Source: Chara braunii
Lineage: Eukaryota; Plantae; Charophyceae
Reading direction: 5' to 3'
Assembly: GCA_003427395.1 (NCBI GenBank)
Contig: BFEA01000007.1
Location: 1,217,285 to 1,281,284 of the forward strand
Length of the DNA stretch: 64,000 bases
Shown here: piece after piece, positions 13,545 to 25,828 of the stretch
How positions within the stretch are numbered: the stretch's first letter is position 1
Layout: every line of letters begins with the position of its first letter
Position numbers and translations under genes: made by a program
The notes under the pieces: model-generated
Seen by the model: only the letters and a program-made list of their open reading frames with translations
Database searches by the model: none
What the model was told of the DNA's origin: nothing

Positions 13545-13765
13545 ACTTTGGGGGGTGGTGGGAGTTTCTTTAAAAACTGCGGGATCGATAGCTGCCCGTG
13601 GGACCGCTCGCTGGGTTTTGGTCCAAACAGTGGCAAAGCAGCAGCAGGGTGGAACTTTGGGAGGGGGTAGCAGTTTCTTTGAAAAATGAGGGACCGGTAG
13701 CTGCCCGTGGGACCGTGCGCTGGGTTTTGGTCGAAACGGTGGCAAGGCAGCAGCAGGGTGAAAAA
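13545..13765 (+). repeat. ~110-bp tandem duplication related to 13270-13350
   Basis: TAGCTGCCCGTGGGACC...CTGGGTTTTGGTC...GCAGCAGCAGGGTG occurs twice. Confidence 0.8.
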
Positions 13766-13938
13766 CAGGAAAAGTCTGAATCGGAAAAAACGTGGCCTTG
13801 GCCGCAGGTTGAACCAACACACCTGCATTGCATTTGCAAGTGGAAACAGATGTGTCTGAACGTGGACGTATTCAACGTCCCACACGTTCAGCACCCGATT
13901 GAGTGAGTTACATATGCCCATTTTGCTCGTTGTCTGCA

Positions 13939-13943
<5 letters not shown>

Positions 13944-14030
<87 letters not shown>
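13944..14030. repeat. (CT)n(GT)n compound microsatellite
   Basis: Read directly from the sequence. Confidence 0.95.
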
Positions 14031-14034
<4 letters not shown>

Positions 14035-15218
14035 CCAGAAAAATACCTAGATTCATCATTGTGACCCACTTTACAGAACAACAGTGAACCACATAGGCTG
14101 CCCCAATGCATAACACTACTATTCCTCTTGCGCTGCCTAATGGCGAATTTGTAGCGCAACTGAAATGACAATCCCCGCGTGGCAGCCATATTTACGGAAT
14201 TCATACATATTGGGATCGCTAATTACTCGTGACAAATTAAGATCACCAATTACACGTGGCAAACAGATAAGCAAGCCTATACCCAAGGCATGGTTATTCT
14301 GTTGTCATGTGGCCAAACCTTGTGGCCACATCCCATCTTTCTGACTAGCGTTCTCTAACATATACAAACTACGGGTTGTGCACCCGTGTGTGTGTGTTTA
14401 TCCTTCAAGCATATACAAACTACGGGTCGCGCACCCGTGCCCTCACATTAAGTCAATTCGCAGCCCTAAGGCTGTGGTCTATTGGGGTTCGGCGTCTGTG
14501 TCAAGGTGTTGCATTTTTGGCGGCGGGCAACCATGACCCAAAGTGGGTTCTTAGGGGGCAAAAAAATTTGGGGAACCGGTCCTTGCCAAAATTGGGGACT
14601 ACCTACAGCTAGCTCTGGTAGAACCGAGACTTTTGGAAAAAGGAAGGGCCAGTTCTGGGGTGGAAGTGGACCCCAAAAAGAAGTGGGGGGCGTTGGACGG
14701 GTCCACAGGTGGAAGCGGACCCCAAAACAAAGTGAGGGCATGTGAACTGCAAAAGGGCCCTCAGGCCGAGGTGTTGAGGCCCTTCTTCACAAAACAGGGA
14801 GGTCAGGCGCAACAAAACAGGCGTTTTGCAAGAGACACCTTTGGCGTTTTTCTGTGCTCGGAGGAACCCACAGAAAAATCTGAAATTTTGAGAATCCATT
14901 GATGAGGTCGTGTTCTTTCTAGGAAAAATATTAGAACATTTAAAAAAAATCATTTAGACCGAGAAATAATCGTCACGCCGAATCGGCACATTTTCTATTT
15001 TTGCCGCTTAGCCATGTGTGGGCCAACTTAAGAAGTACTCCAAATTCAGTGAGTTTTCACTCTCAGAAGAATGCGTGAAAAAACCCAAAAATTCGAGTAC
15101 TCGTAGATTCTGTTGTGATCTTTCCAGAAAAAAACGCTAAATAAATTTAAAAAAATTATTCCAACTGCGAAATAGATCGTGGCCGCAATTTGACTTATAT
15201 TTCAATTTTGTTATTCAG

Positions 15219-15293
<75 letters not shown>

Positions 15294-16072
15294 NNNNNNN
15301 NNNNNNNNNNNNNNNNNNNNNNNNNNNNNNNNNNNNNNNNNNNNNNNNNNNNNNNNNNNNNNNNNNTAGCCCCTCCCCCCTCCCTCTCTCTCTTTCTCTC
15401 TCTCACTCTCGGTCTCTCTCAGAGTCTCTCTCACTCTCTGTGTCTCTCTCACACTCGTAATTGACTTACCGTAAGGGCACGGGTGCGCAGCCCGTAGTTT
15501 GTTTGTCGATGCCCCTTGACGGGGTGTGAACGGTGGTGAGGCTCAGAGGCATTTGCTGGACCTGTTTTTTTGCAGGCCCAGTCCCCCACCAATAGTTCGG
15601 AGTTATCCATATTGGGTGAGTCTACTTTGATAGGGGACTCATATCACGCCTTGAAAAAAAGTTGGACTGTTGGAGATGATTCAGCGAAAAATAAATCAAT
15701 TGGAAAGTAAAGACACAGAAAACAAAAAGAACAGAGAGACACGGTTTTCAGTGCATTGCAATTGGCCATGGTCATCACCCTCACTTGTTCGTGTTTTTAG
15801 TCGTTGCCCATTCGGGATCGAAGTCGCTACTTGTCGTTGATATCGTGATCGTAAAAGTAGCGCATGCATCTGGTCAGGGTGAGGGCCGGGTGCAGTGAAC
15901 TGAAAACAGAGGGAAGAAGAAGAGAGACATTTGACTTATCGAGAGGGAACGGGTGCGAAAGCTAGGCAACGGGTGCGCCCGCCACTTCTTTGGCCCCATC
16001 TCGATTTTTCAACCAAAACCCGTGCGGTCCAATGGGCAGCTACCAGTCCTGCAGTTTCAAATAAGATGCCAC

Positions 16073-18766
16073 TGTGACGCCCAACCTCATGCCCAGCGCA
16101 ACTTCCTGATCGGAGTGGGATGGGGGCCTGGAAGTGCGAAAAAGGGGTGTGCCAAGGATTTTTGGGGATTTGGGGTGGAGTCCCAGGTCGGAACTTAGAT
16201 CTCCTGTGGCCAGTCTTAAGGGTAGGAGTGCAAGTGCCTTCTCAAGCTGGCTCAGAGTTGGGGCGATGATCGATCGTGCTGCCTGGGCCGGGGTGGGGTG
16301 TCATGGGCGTCTCTGTGGGAATGTTCGTACCGTTGCCGGCCGTCGCAAGTTTCGGGGTCCGACGAAGACGAGTTGGGTTCTCGTCGCTCGGTCCTGGGAT
16401 GGGCTCGTTATGCAACCCTCGCCTGTCGATGCTCGTCGGGCTGCCAACACTCCAAGCATGGCGGTCGGGGCCAGAACCGGGCTACGGAATCCCAGGGGAC
16501 CACGAGAAACCGGTGGTAAGGGAGGACGGTATAGTAGGGAGGGAAGTCAGTGGTGATGACAACAAAGCCTAGGGTTGGAAGATATTGCTGTTTTTGGCTG
16601 TCAGGATAATCGGGAATCCGTGGGTCTCGGTTGATTGCCAGCTGGAAGTCGCCCCTGCACAGTCGCTCGTTTTCATTCCGGCAGGGGTACTCAAGGTACC
16701 CGGGGTTCCGTAGGTGGCGATGTTGTCGGATCCGCTATCGGCGGATCTGTTCCCTCTCCCAATACGCTCGGTATTCGGGGTCCCTCAGGCTTTCGCGATC
16801 GGTGATCCAAAAAGGGGAATCTGTCGCCATATCTTGTTCACACACATCTTCCTACTGGGCGAGGTCGTAGCTGGCTTTCGCGGGCGCGCGTATAGATGGC
16901 AAGTCCGTGGACGGCTGTTATCTTATACGCACGTGCGCACTGCCCAGTTAGTCAGATCTTAAGACGTGCAAATAATCAAGGACGATCCACCCGCGTACCG
17001 GCTCAACCATGCAGCTAGTTCCCTCAGGCTATCAATCTGTTTCGTTCTGGACATTCGCACAGTATGCACACCCAATGGTCCCCGTGTGGCGTCGGGCCTT
17101 AACTTGTCCCGACCCGTACCGCGGATGAAGACTCCGTTATTTACGTCAAGATCTGTCGTGCTAAGCCCATTCGGGGTTGCGGGCTGGCCTCGCCGGTGCG
17201 CGTGTAAGTCGCGCTTATCAAATCGCGCTTACACGGGGACTCACGGGGTTGGTCCGTTGTGGATCGATCCATCAGTCAATCATCCATGCAAAAGAAGGTT
17301 TATGTGGTCATGCAATAATCTCTCAGTCATTCTTGTTCGAGCAAAAAACAGTTACATGGCCATCAGAGGGATATCTCATCGCCATCCAGACATACATCGA
17401 AGCACCACAACAATATCAAACTCCCTTCACCTACCAATCATCCGGGTGAGAATAGATCGACGCTGCGGGCGCGGGATGATTCAGGATTACACGCAAAACA
17501 TCACGTATTACAAGATCCAACAAATGCAAAACGAAAGAGGGAGGACAAAGATTGAGCTGTACATCACACGAAGCCGAAAGAAATGTCAAAATGCAAAACA
17601 AGGGCGTCTCGCCCGGAGCGAAAATTTTATATACAAGGACTGAGAAATGACAAAGAAGATTGCAATCCCACATCCGCCTATTTCCCCCCTCTCTCTCTCT
17701 AATGAGGGCAGTCCGTCGTCTCGCACCCACCCACGAAGTTGTCACCCCGCTTAGTCCGCATGCGCCCGTCAGGTTCGCTCGTGCGCCACAGTCCGTCGTG
17801 GCCTACAGGTTAACCCCGCACACTTGGCACCAGCTCGTCGGGTCGCCCAACTCCCACATCAACTCACCTCTTACTTTGCTCATTAGCCGATCCTTACTGA
17901 TCGCGCTAACCTCGAGCCTCCAAAAATTTTAAGAGAGCTATCTAATAGCGCCCGGCGAAATTTATAGCATGCATGCGTGCTCGAAGATGCGAGGTTGTAG
18001 GGATTGGAAAGAGGAGCAGAGAATGAAGTGCCTACACTTGGCATGGCCAGATCGCAGCGTGGGGGACGTAGCCACTCTCCACGCATCGACCTAGGCATGC
18101 AGCGCTCAGGCCAATCAGATGCAGCAAAAAGAAGGGGAGAAGGGCGGAAAAAAGGCGAGAGAACAAGAAGAAAGATACAGTTACAATGGCGCCCGCCCAA
18201 CGATTACAGTTGGATGCAAGACTATGGGCGCCGCTTAGTCAGAACTTCGCTCTCGCCGCAGGAAGATGCGAGCAAGAAAGAGGCGCCGCTCGACAAGAAA
18301 TTCAAAAAGTCCTAAATTCCTATCTGATCTCAAAATTGCAAATGAAAAAATCCGAAAAGACGAAAAAAAAGAGCAAAAAGAAATAAAAAAATTCCAAGAG
18401 ACCTCGGGGGCTCGTCCTTAGTTGAAAGGAAACTTTAAAAAGAAAAACCGAAAAGCTCCCGCACGATCATCGCGCCAAAAATCTCCGTTCCCTCCTTTTG
18501 CTCCCAGCAGAGCAAAAAAGAATCACCGTCAACCATTATTGATCGCACCAAACGGGGCGCGCACACTCAACCGTCTGTCCCGGGCCTGTCCCATCACCGC
18601 CGAAGGGGAAGGAGTGAAGCGAAGGAAAAGAAAGAAGCGAGGACACTAACGCAATTTACCCGTCGATCCCACCTCCCACAATTTGCCCATCCCTCCCATC
18701 TCAGGACCCCTCCGAGTCATTGTCATTGCACAGAAACTCGCGTGGCACAAAAAGTGGTTCGTCACA
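16073..18766 (-). repeat. 3' LTR of E1 (2694 bp), including an extra terminal segment at 16073-16083
   Basis: Colinear with 27610-30286. Confidence 0.95.
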
Positions 18767-18780
18767 TATGTGATGCCCAA
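18760..18780. other. Palindromic end-to-end junction CGTCACA-TA-TGTGATGCCCAA where the PPT should be
   Basis: TCACATATGTGA (18762-18773) is a perfect palindrome. 18769-18780 matches the element terminus 16073-16084 at 11 of 12 positions. Confidence 0.85.
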
Positions 18781-19068
18781 GGGGTTCCAATCTTGAGTAG
18801 GCTCCTGCTTGCTCGATGTTGCGACATGTGTCGATCTCTCTAATTGATCGACGATGCGGAACTCTCTACGTGCCACTTACCGTGCGATAATAGTGTGGAA
18901 GTCATCCAACGTGGCATACGCGGGCTCTATCCTACAAGTTTCTCGGGAAGGGCAATCTAACCAGGAAAGGAGGAGGTGGGGGGGGATCTTGCCAATTTAC
19001 ACGTGTCGTTACCACAGGATATGAATGTGGAATCATCCTGTTGACATGTCATTAGATCCGATGGTGCA

Positions 19069-19872
19069 CTAGTGACCCGCAGGGAGAGGATAAAGGAGCC
19101 GGTACATCGGGGGATCACTTGGGAGTAGGGGTAAGAAAGTCTCCATCCCCGCTACCGTCTCTGGCAGTTCTTGATATCTCACAATGCGATGTATGTGGGG
19201 GAATCGGCGACCACTATGGGGGAGAGACGTGAGATAGTCGAGATAGAGGGTCGGAAAGGTGTGGAGCAGGGCCGTGCGGAACTGATCATAGTCCACGCAC
19301 ACGGGGATAGTTCCCGTGATCATGCAGTAGACTTCGACCATGTTATGTCCCCGCCATGCGGCAATGAAGAGAAGAACGTGGAGGGAGAAAGAGGAGGAGG
19401 CGCATCTCGTGGTGGAATGCGGATACACCGTGACAGCGAGGCGAGTGGAGTAGAAGTGATGGAAGGTGGAAGTCGGGAAGGGAATACGAGGGAAGGAGAG
19501 TGGGGTATCGATCTGCCGGAGGGTCAGAAAATCAAGGGGGCGACGGGATAACGACCGGGGACGTAGCCCGATGCCCTGCATCGCCACATGTTCGAACTGA
19601 GGAACGGGGGGAAGGGGAGGGGGATTGGCTTCGTCACCTCCGCGCCGGCGCGCTCGAAGTCTCTGTAGGAGGGAGCTCATCCTCAATCGCGGGCGGCTCA
19701 GGATCTTTGGTCGGGTCATCTGGGATTGGCAAATTAGTGTCGCTGGAATGCTCCAAGGGTCGCGTCCCCGCCGCTATCTCTTCCCTCCTTGCGGCTGCTA
19801 CATGATCCTCTTCTCGAACTTCCGCCTGGTCGGCCTCTCCTCCCAAACTTTCCCACTTGGACTCCTCTCTTT

Positions 19873-19905
<33 letters not shown>

Positions 19906-21109
19906 CTTCTTCTTCTTCTTCTTCTTCTTCTTCTTCTTCTTCTTCACTCACCGCCCCCGGCTCTTCTTCGTTGTACTCGCTATAGCTTCCCTCTTCTTCA
20001 GAGGTCTCTTCCTCCTCATCCTCCTCTGCCGCTTCTTCCTCTACCGCTTCCTCCTCCGATGCCATTTGGGGCTGAAAGCAAAGGACATCGATTATCCACC
20101 GGGGGTTCAGGTACTCCGCTCGCGATGGGTAGCTACCTCTTCCCCAACGATCCTCCAGACAGGCCGACCATTGCAAGTACGGTGTTAAACTTGAACTCCG
20201 TGAAAGCACGTGCGGCGCCGGATTCTCGTCTCGATGTAAGATGATCTCGGTTGGAAGATTGTCGAGCAACTGAGCGAAGAGGACCAAGAGCTCCCACACG
20301 AACGTTTGCCGATGTCTTGGGTCTATTGTTCCGAGGCGAATCCGAGAAGGTCTCCCTCCACCTCCGACCTCCAGGCTTGGATAATAAGCAGCTCCACACC
20401 CTCACTCACGGCACGGTGCTCACGGTCCTGAGTCCATGTCAGCTTGATCCCGACTAGGCACAAAGAAAGGGTGAAGTAATTCTCACACCATATCTCCCAC
20501 TGCGATGGCTTGATGAGCGACACTGTAAGGGGCCGCACGCAGAAGGGGAGGCGGGGATGTAGGACTGACCGCCAGAAATTGGGAAAGAAAGAGGGGAGGG
20601 TGAAGGTAGAGAATTGGGAACGTTCATTGAGGGCGAGAGAAAGGGACGAGCGCAGGGAGAGCAACTGTCAGCTCGTGCCGGAGAGTGCGGATGTTGCCAG
20701 TGTCAACACTGTTGGTATTGGCGACGTTCTCCCCTCACCGCGCCAATAACTGGCTCCAAGCCTGCGCCAACTACTCGCCCCACTCCCTCAACGAGGTACG
20801 GATGGTCGTATGTGCTCTAGGATCCACCGTACTAAGATCCCCGCTGAAGAAGACAATTGTCGAAACGTGACTGATTCCCGGCGCCGAGAGTCGTCGATAA
20901 GCCGATGCTTCGGCCAGCACCTGCGTCTGGCTGTTGGGGACCACAAAGTGAAACTCCACCGCCGCGTGCACACCTGCAGTGCTGAAGAACTGCGCGAAAT
21001 TGAGAACGTCGGGGTTGATGCGCGGATGATGGACTTGCCGGATCGTTGAGATGTTCCCTCGTGGCGCCAACATACGTTCACTGAGGACCTGCTCCGTGGA
21101 AAAACTCAT
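19069..21109 (-). pseudogene. Additional ORF region of E1 between integrase and the 3' LTR (several disrupted ORFs, one with poly-Glu); function unknown
   Basis: Sense-strand ORF pieces 20771-21109, 20323-20664, 19634-20299 and 19069-19719 with protein-like composition. No domain recognised. Confidence 0.5.
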
Positions 21110-22782
21110 GGCGACGAGGATGGAGAAGATGAGTGGGGAGAAGAAGCGGAATGGGGATTGTCACTCTCCCACTCGGATTCCGAGATCGACCCTGTTGGGG
21201 AAGGGGGAGAAGAAGTTGAGAGATGGCGGAGGTAGGACACGTGGCGGACGATCGGGCGAGCCAATTGGCGGCCTGAGGCTTCGGGCACCAGTCGCACTGT
21301 GTTCACCCCGTTGGGACTGAGCTCGATCACGCGAAATCTCCCGAAGAATCGTGGCGCTAGCTTACCCTGGCGAGCACATTTCCTCACTTGCACCATGTCC
21401 CCTAATTTGTACTAGGGCCGTGGTCCTGGTTTCCGTTTCAGGCCTCGTAGCTACGGATTTGTCGTCCGTGGGCCAATTCAGTCATCCACTGTCGTTTCCA
21501 GGCCAACCTAGGAAGGGACCATTCCATTAATTCCAAGTGTCGCTTGGCCTTGTCCCGGGCCGTGGCCCTCGTGGGTCATCGACCCAAGGCAAATTCATCG
21601 TTAAGGCTTGGTATCGGGACACAATCAAGCTATTGGTGCGGAGCTGGAAGGGGCTCAGGCCTGTCGATTCGTGGGGCGTTCCTCGATGGACCGCCAGAAT
21701 ATATCGGGCCAAGGCCTCGTGTCCCTGGCCGCGATATTGTGTCGAAGGGCGGTCTTAATTGCTCGATTCGTGTTTTCTACTAGTCCGTTCGATTGCCACA
21801 TGTGAGGTGCGGCGGTACGAATGGTGACCCTATGTATGACCGGATTCCTCAAAACTTCTCCCCTAAACTCTGCCCTGTTATCCGTCAAAATTTCCTCGGT
21901 GTCTTGATGCATCCCGAGAAAACGGTTGACATACCGCGCGATTTCAGCCGCCTGTCGCGTTCAGCATGGATACGCCTCGATCCATTTGGAAAAATGATCC
22001 ACGAATACCAAAAAAATTGAATATTCGCAGCTATTCGGTCCAGGGGGCACCATTATATCGGTCATGTCCACGTTCGACTACTGTGGGCACTATTGATCTT
22101 GGCAGCTGAATCGGCGCCTTGTCAGCGGCACAGACCTGACAGCTTCGGACGATGAATTTGACATCGTCACGAATATTGGACCAATGCCATTCATTTTTGT
22201 CGATCGCCGTTTCAGTGATCCGGACGACAAAGTGAGCTGCAGTATCTTCGTGGGCTGACTTAACCCAGTCATACCTCATGAACGGGTGTGGTACAGTCAT
22301 CCAAATCCCACTACCATTCGTCTCCGTTTTTCCAACCGTCCCTCGTTCCATCGATAATCTCGAGCCCTTTCATTGGCCCTCCTCTGGTCTTCCCTAGTGA
22401 AGTCTCGGAGGGGGTTCCCTACTACGGTTGCTATCAGGGCGACATCAGTCCAAACCTCAGCCCTTCTAAACCTTTGAGTTTTTTCTAATCCTTCTGACAT
22501 GGTGTCGAGGAATCGAGCTTCGATCGGGATTTTATCGGTCGGACACAGGGGGCACAACCAAGGCTTATTGCTGCTTCGGTATTGGATACAAGCGCCAAGG
22601 GCTCTGGACACACACTGCCAATAATCTACCCATTCGACATACCCATCCTCACTAGGATGCATAGGGACCGAGTAGACCCGCGAGATCACTTTATAGAAAT
22701 AACAAAATTTGTTGGGTAAAGAGAGAAAAGACAAAGACGAGAGGGAAGAGAGAGGAGTGTTGGAGTTACCTTCGTCACCCAT
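21106..22782 (-). pseudogene. E1 DDE integrase with a ~150-aa N-terminal extension; frameshifted
   Basis: HHCC motif (AHEDTAAHF...CQVC), rve core (ILTDNRAEF...QSNGLVENTN) and GPY/F region (KLAPRFFGRFRVI). Confidence 0.88.
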
Positions 22783-24510
22783 CGCCACGTGCTTGTCCCA
22801 CGGTGCGTGGGAGAAATGCCACCTGTCCGTAACGGGGCCCGCTGTTGGCTCCGGTTTCTTCCACGGGATGATTTCTTCACCCTTGGCGACCTTCGTTGGA
22901 CGATGCAGTCGCGTCAACCCGTCCACGTTTTCGTGCCTTTCTGTCTTCCGATGGATGATGTCGAAATCGTATTCTTGTAGCTGCACCGCCCACCGTCCAA
23001 TCATGCCCGTGTAATTTGTGAACCTTTTGAGGGCCAATAGCGGCTCATGATCCATAACAAGGAAAAACTTATGTCCGTACAGATACAGATGGAAATGTTG
23101 GATTCCCCAAACCACCACGTAGCACTCTCCTTGCAAGGCCGAATCGTTCCTTCGTTCGTCTTGTACAGTACGGAAGGCGTACTCGATGACGTGCTCGCGT
23201 CTTTCGTTCCCTTTCTGTGCTAGAATATCGGAGATTGCCTCGGGCTGCCAGTCCGTAATAAGTATGAACTGCTTTGTTGGGTCCGACTGGATCAAAATCG
23301 GTGTTGTAGCCAGGGCCTCCTTGAGAGTGACAAAGGCCCGTTCGCACTCTGCGTCCCAACTGAGGGGCTGGTCCTTCCGTAGCAGGTTTGTTAAAGGTCG
23401 TGCGGTAGCGGCGAACCCTTTAATAAATCGTCGATAATACGAAGCCAGTCCGAGGAACGATCGAACCTGCGTCAGCGACATGGGAGTCGGGGCGTCTCGA
23501 ACAGCCTCGACCTTCCTCGAATCGGGCCTCAAACCAGCCTGAGTCAACACGTATCCCAGGAACGAAATCTCTGGGAGAAAGAGCTCGCTTTTCTCCAACA
23601 CGATCTTGAATCCGGCATCCCTCAAGGCTCTTAGTGTCCACTCGATGTGCTGCGCGTGCCCGTGGTAGGATTCCCAATAAACCAGGATATCGTCCATGTA
23701 CACAATGACGCAGAAATTGATCATCCCCTGCGTCAGTCGAGTCTTGTTGACAAAATTATGAAATGTCACATTCATCGCTCGCTGGAACGTGGCCAGTGCG
23801 TTGAAAATCCCCATCGGGCATCGAACCCACTGCCACAAGCCTTCAAACAGAACAAAGGCCGTCTTAGGCCGATCCTCCTCCTTGACCAGAATATGGTGAA
23901 ACCCGTGACAGATATCGAACTTACTGAAGTAGTTAGCACACCCAATCGCATCCAACAATCCAGGGAATGGGGTATACATCTTTAATCGTGATATCATTCA
24001 GTTTTCGATAATCGATGAAAATACGGACTGACCCATTCTTCTTCGGTACGAGAACTACTGGGAACGACCACGGTCCCGTAGCCGGCTCAATCCATCCGTT
24101 AGCCTCGAACTCTCTAATCTATTGTAAGGCCGTTTTCCGTTCAGCGAGGGAATATCGATACGGTTTGCAGTGGATTGGGGGGTGATTTCCAGTCTGAATC
24201 TCGTGTTGGATGATAAGTGACAGTTCAATGTTTGTGTCTGTTACGCTAACTGCTCCCTGATATTCCCTTAGGATTTCCGCAATCAAGCGGTGTATGGCAT
24301 CGGGTACGTATTGTGGCACGTGTAACTCGTAAGGGTGTCTGTGGATAACGACCGCCACATGTTTCCTGCCCATCATCTTCGCGTTCAGTGGAGGCGGGGA
24401 GGAGATAAAGGAGTTATTCGACCGCCACGAGAACACGGTGGCGACCATTTGAGCTTCCTCCTCTCGAATGGCCACGTATTCTTCAGGGGTTATCCCATCC
24501 TCGACTTCAA
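22775..24510 (-). pseudogene. E1 reverse transcriptase and RNase H
   Basis: VYMDDILV, FSKFDICHGFHHI, SFLGLASYYRRFI and RNase H motifs (ITDW...ECY...DHEPL). Confidence 0.95.
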
Positions 24511-24511
24511 T

Positions 24512-24745
24512 ATTGTTTTTTGTCATTTTCTAAACAAAATTAAAAAATATATATATAAAAAAACAGAATTTTTTTTTTGTCATTTTTTATCATGAGATAT
24601 ATGGTCCCCGAGATGACCTGTGTTTTTTTTTAATGAATTTCTGTTTTTTGCAGGGAAATGAGGTGTTTAAAAAAAAATGCAGATGCAAAATTTAAAAACA
24701 AATAAACAAAAAAAGGGTTTGATTGATTGATTGATTGATTGATTG

Positions 24746-24810
<65 letters not shown>

Positions 24811-24960
24811 AATCAGACTCCTCTTCCACACTTTACATGCATGCAAACAGGTGCGCAGCAAACCGGCAACATGCGCCCACTCAGAACTTAGAGATATGGT
24901 ACCGAGAACACAGTTCAGATTCAAGTTCACTTCGAATGGCTATGTGTGTGTGTGTGTGTG

Positions 24961-25014
<54 letters not shown>

Positions 25015-25372
25015 NNNNNNNNNNNNNNNNNNNNNNNNNNNNNNNNNNNNNNNNNNNNNNNNNNNNNNNNNNNNNNNNNNNNNNNNNNNNNNNNNNNNNN
25101 NNNNNNNNNNNNNNNNNNNNNNNNNNNNNNNNNNNNNNNNNNNNNNNNNNNNNNNNNNNNNNNNNNNNNNNNNNNNNNNNNNNNNNNTGTGTGATGTGTG
25201 TGTGTGTGTGTGTGTGTGTGAGCGCGTGTGGGTGTGTGTGTGTGCGCGACCCTCCCCGCGAGCCGGGCAGGTCCCGCGCGACGGCAACTGCGACCCTCCC
25301 TGCGGGCGCGGGCGCGGGGGCTGCGCGGCTCGCGGGGAGGGTCCCAGTTGCGCGAGCGGGCGTGAGAGCGAG

Positions 25373-25436
<64 letters not shown>

Positions 25437-25488
25437 GTCACGGTGTGTGTGCGTGTGCCGGGGGAAGGGGAGGGAGGACCCTTCCCCC

Positions 25489-25530
<42 letters not shown>

Positions 25531-25828
25531 CAATCAATCAATCAATCAGTCAACAAAAAAACAATCTGTCAATCGATTTTTTTTTTTTTTTCTATTTTGT
25601 TTTTTTTTCACACATCAAAAAACGCCCCCCCCAAATTTTTGATTTTTTTTTTTCTTCCGCATATGCCGATAGCGGCCGACGTGCGCAGGCCGAGCGCGCG
25701 CCCCCGCATGGGCGTGGCTCGGCCGCGTGCAGACTCAGCCGCGAGGCCTACGCCGCGCGCCTGCGGCCTAGGAGGTCGGCCGCGGATTAGGCCGCAGGAT
25801 CCGCAGCCGACGATGCCACATAGGCTTT
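24512..25828. other. Microsatellite-rich foreign segment with an N gap, replacing the protease region of E1
   Basis: (TTGA)n, (GT)n, (GA)n and (CAAT)n tracts plus a GC-rich CGGCCG-repeat tail. The ~850-bp protease segment present in E2 is missing here. Confidence 0.75.

Noticed and set aside
16134-18649. Numerous ORFs inside the E1 LTRs (also 27660-29913)
   Set aside because: They overlap in all frames, show no domains, and their stops differ between the two LTRs.
24630-25790. Long ORFs with CV/HT/RE runs
   Set aside because: These are translations of microsatellites and N gaps.
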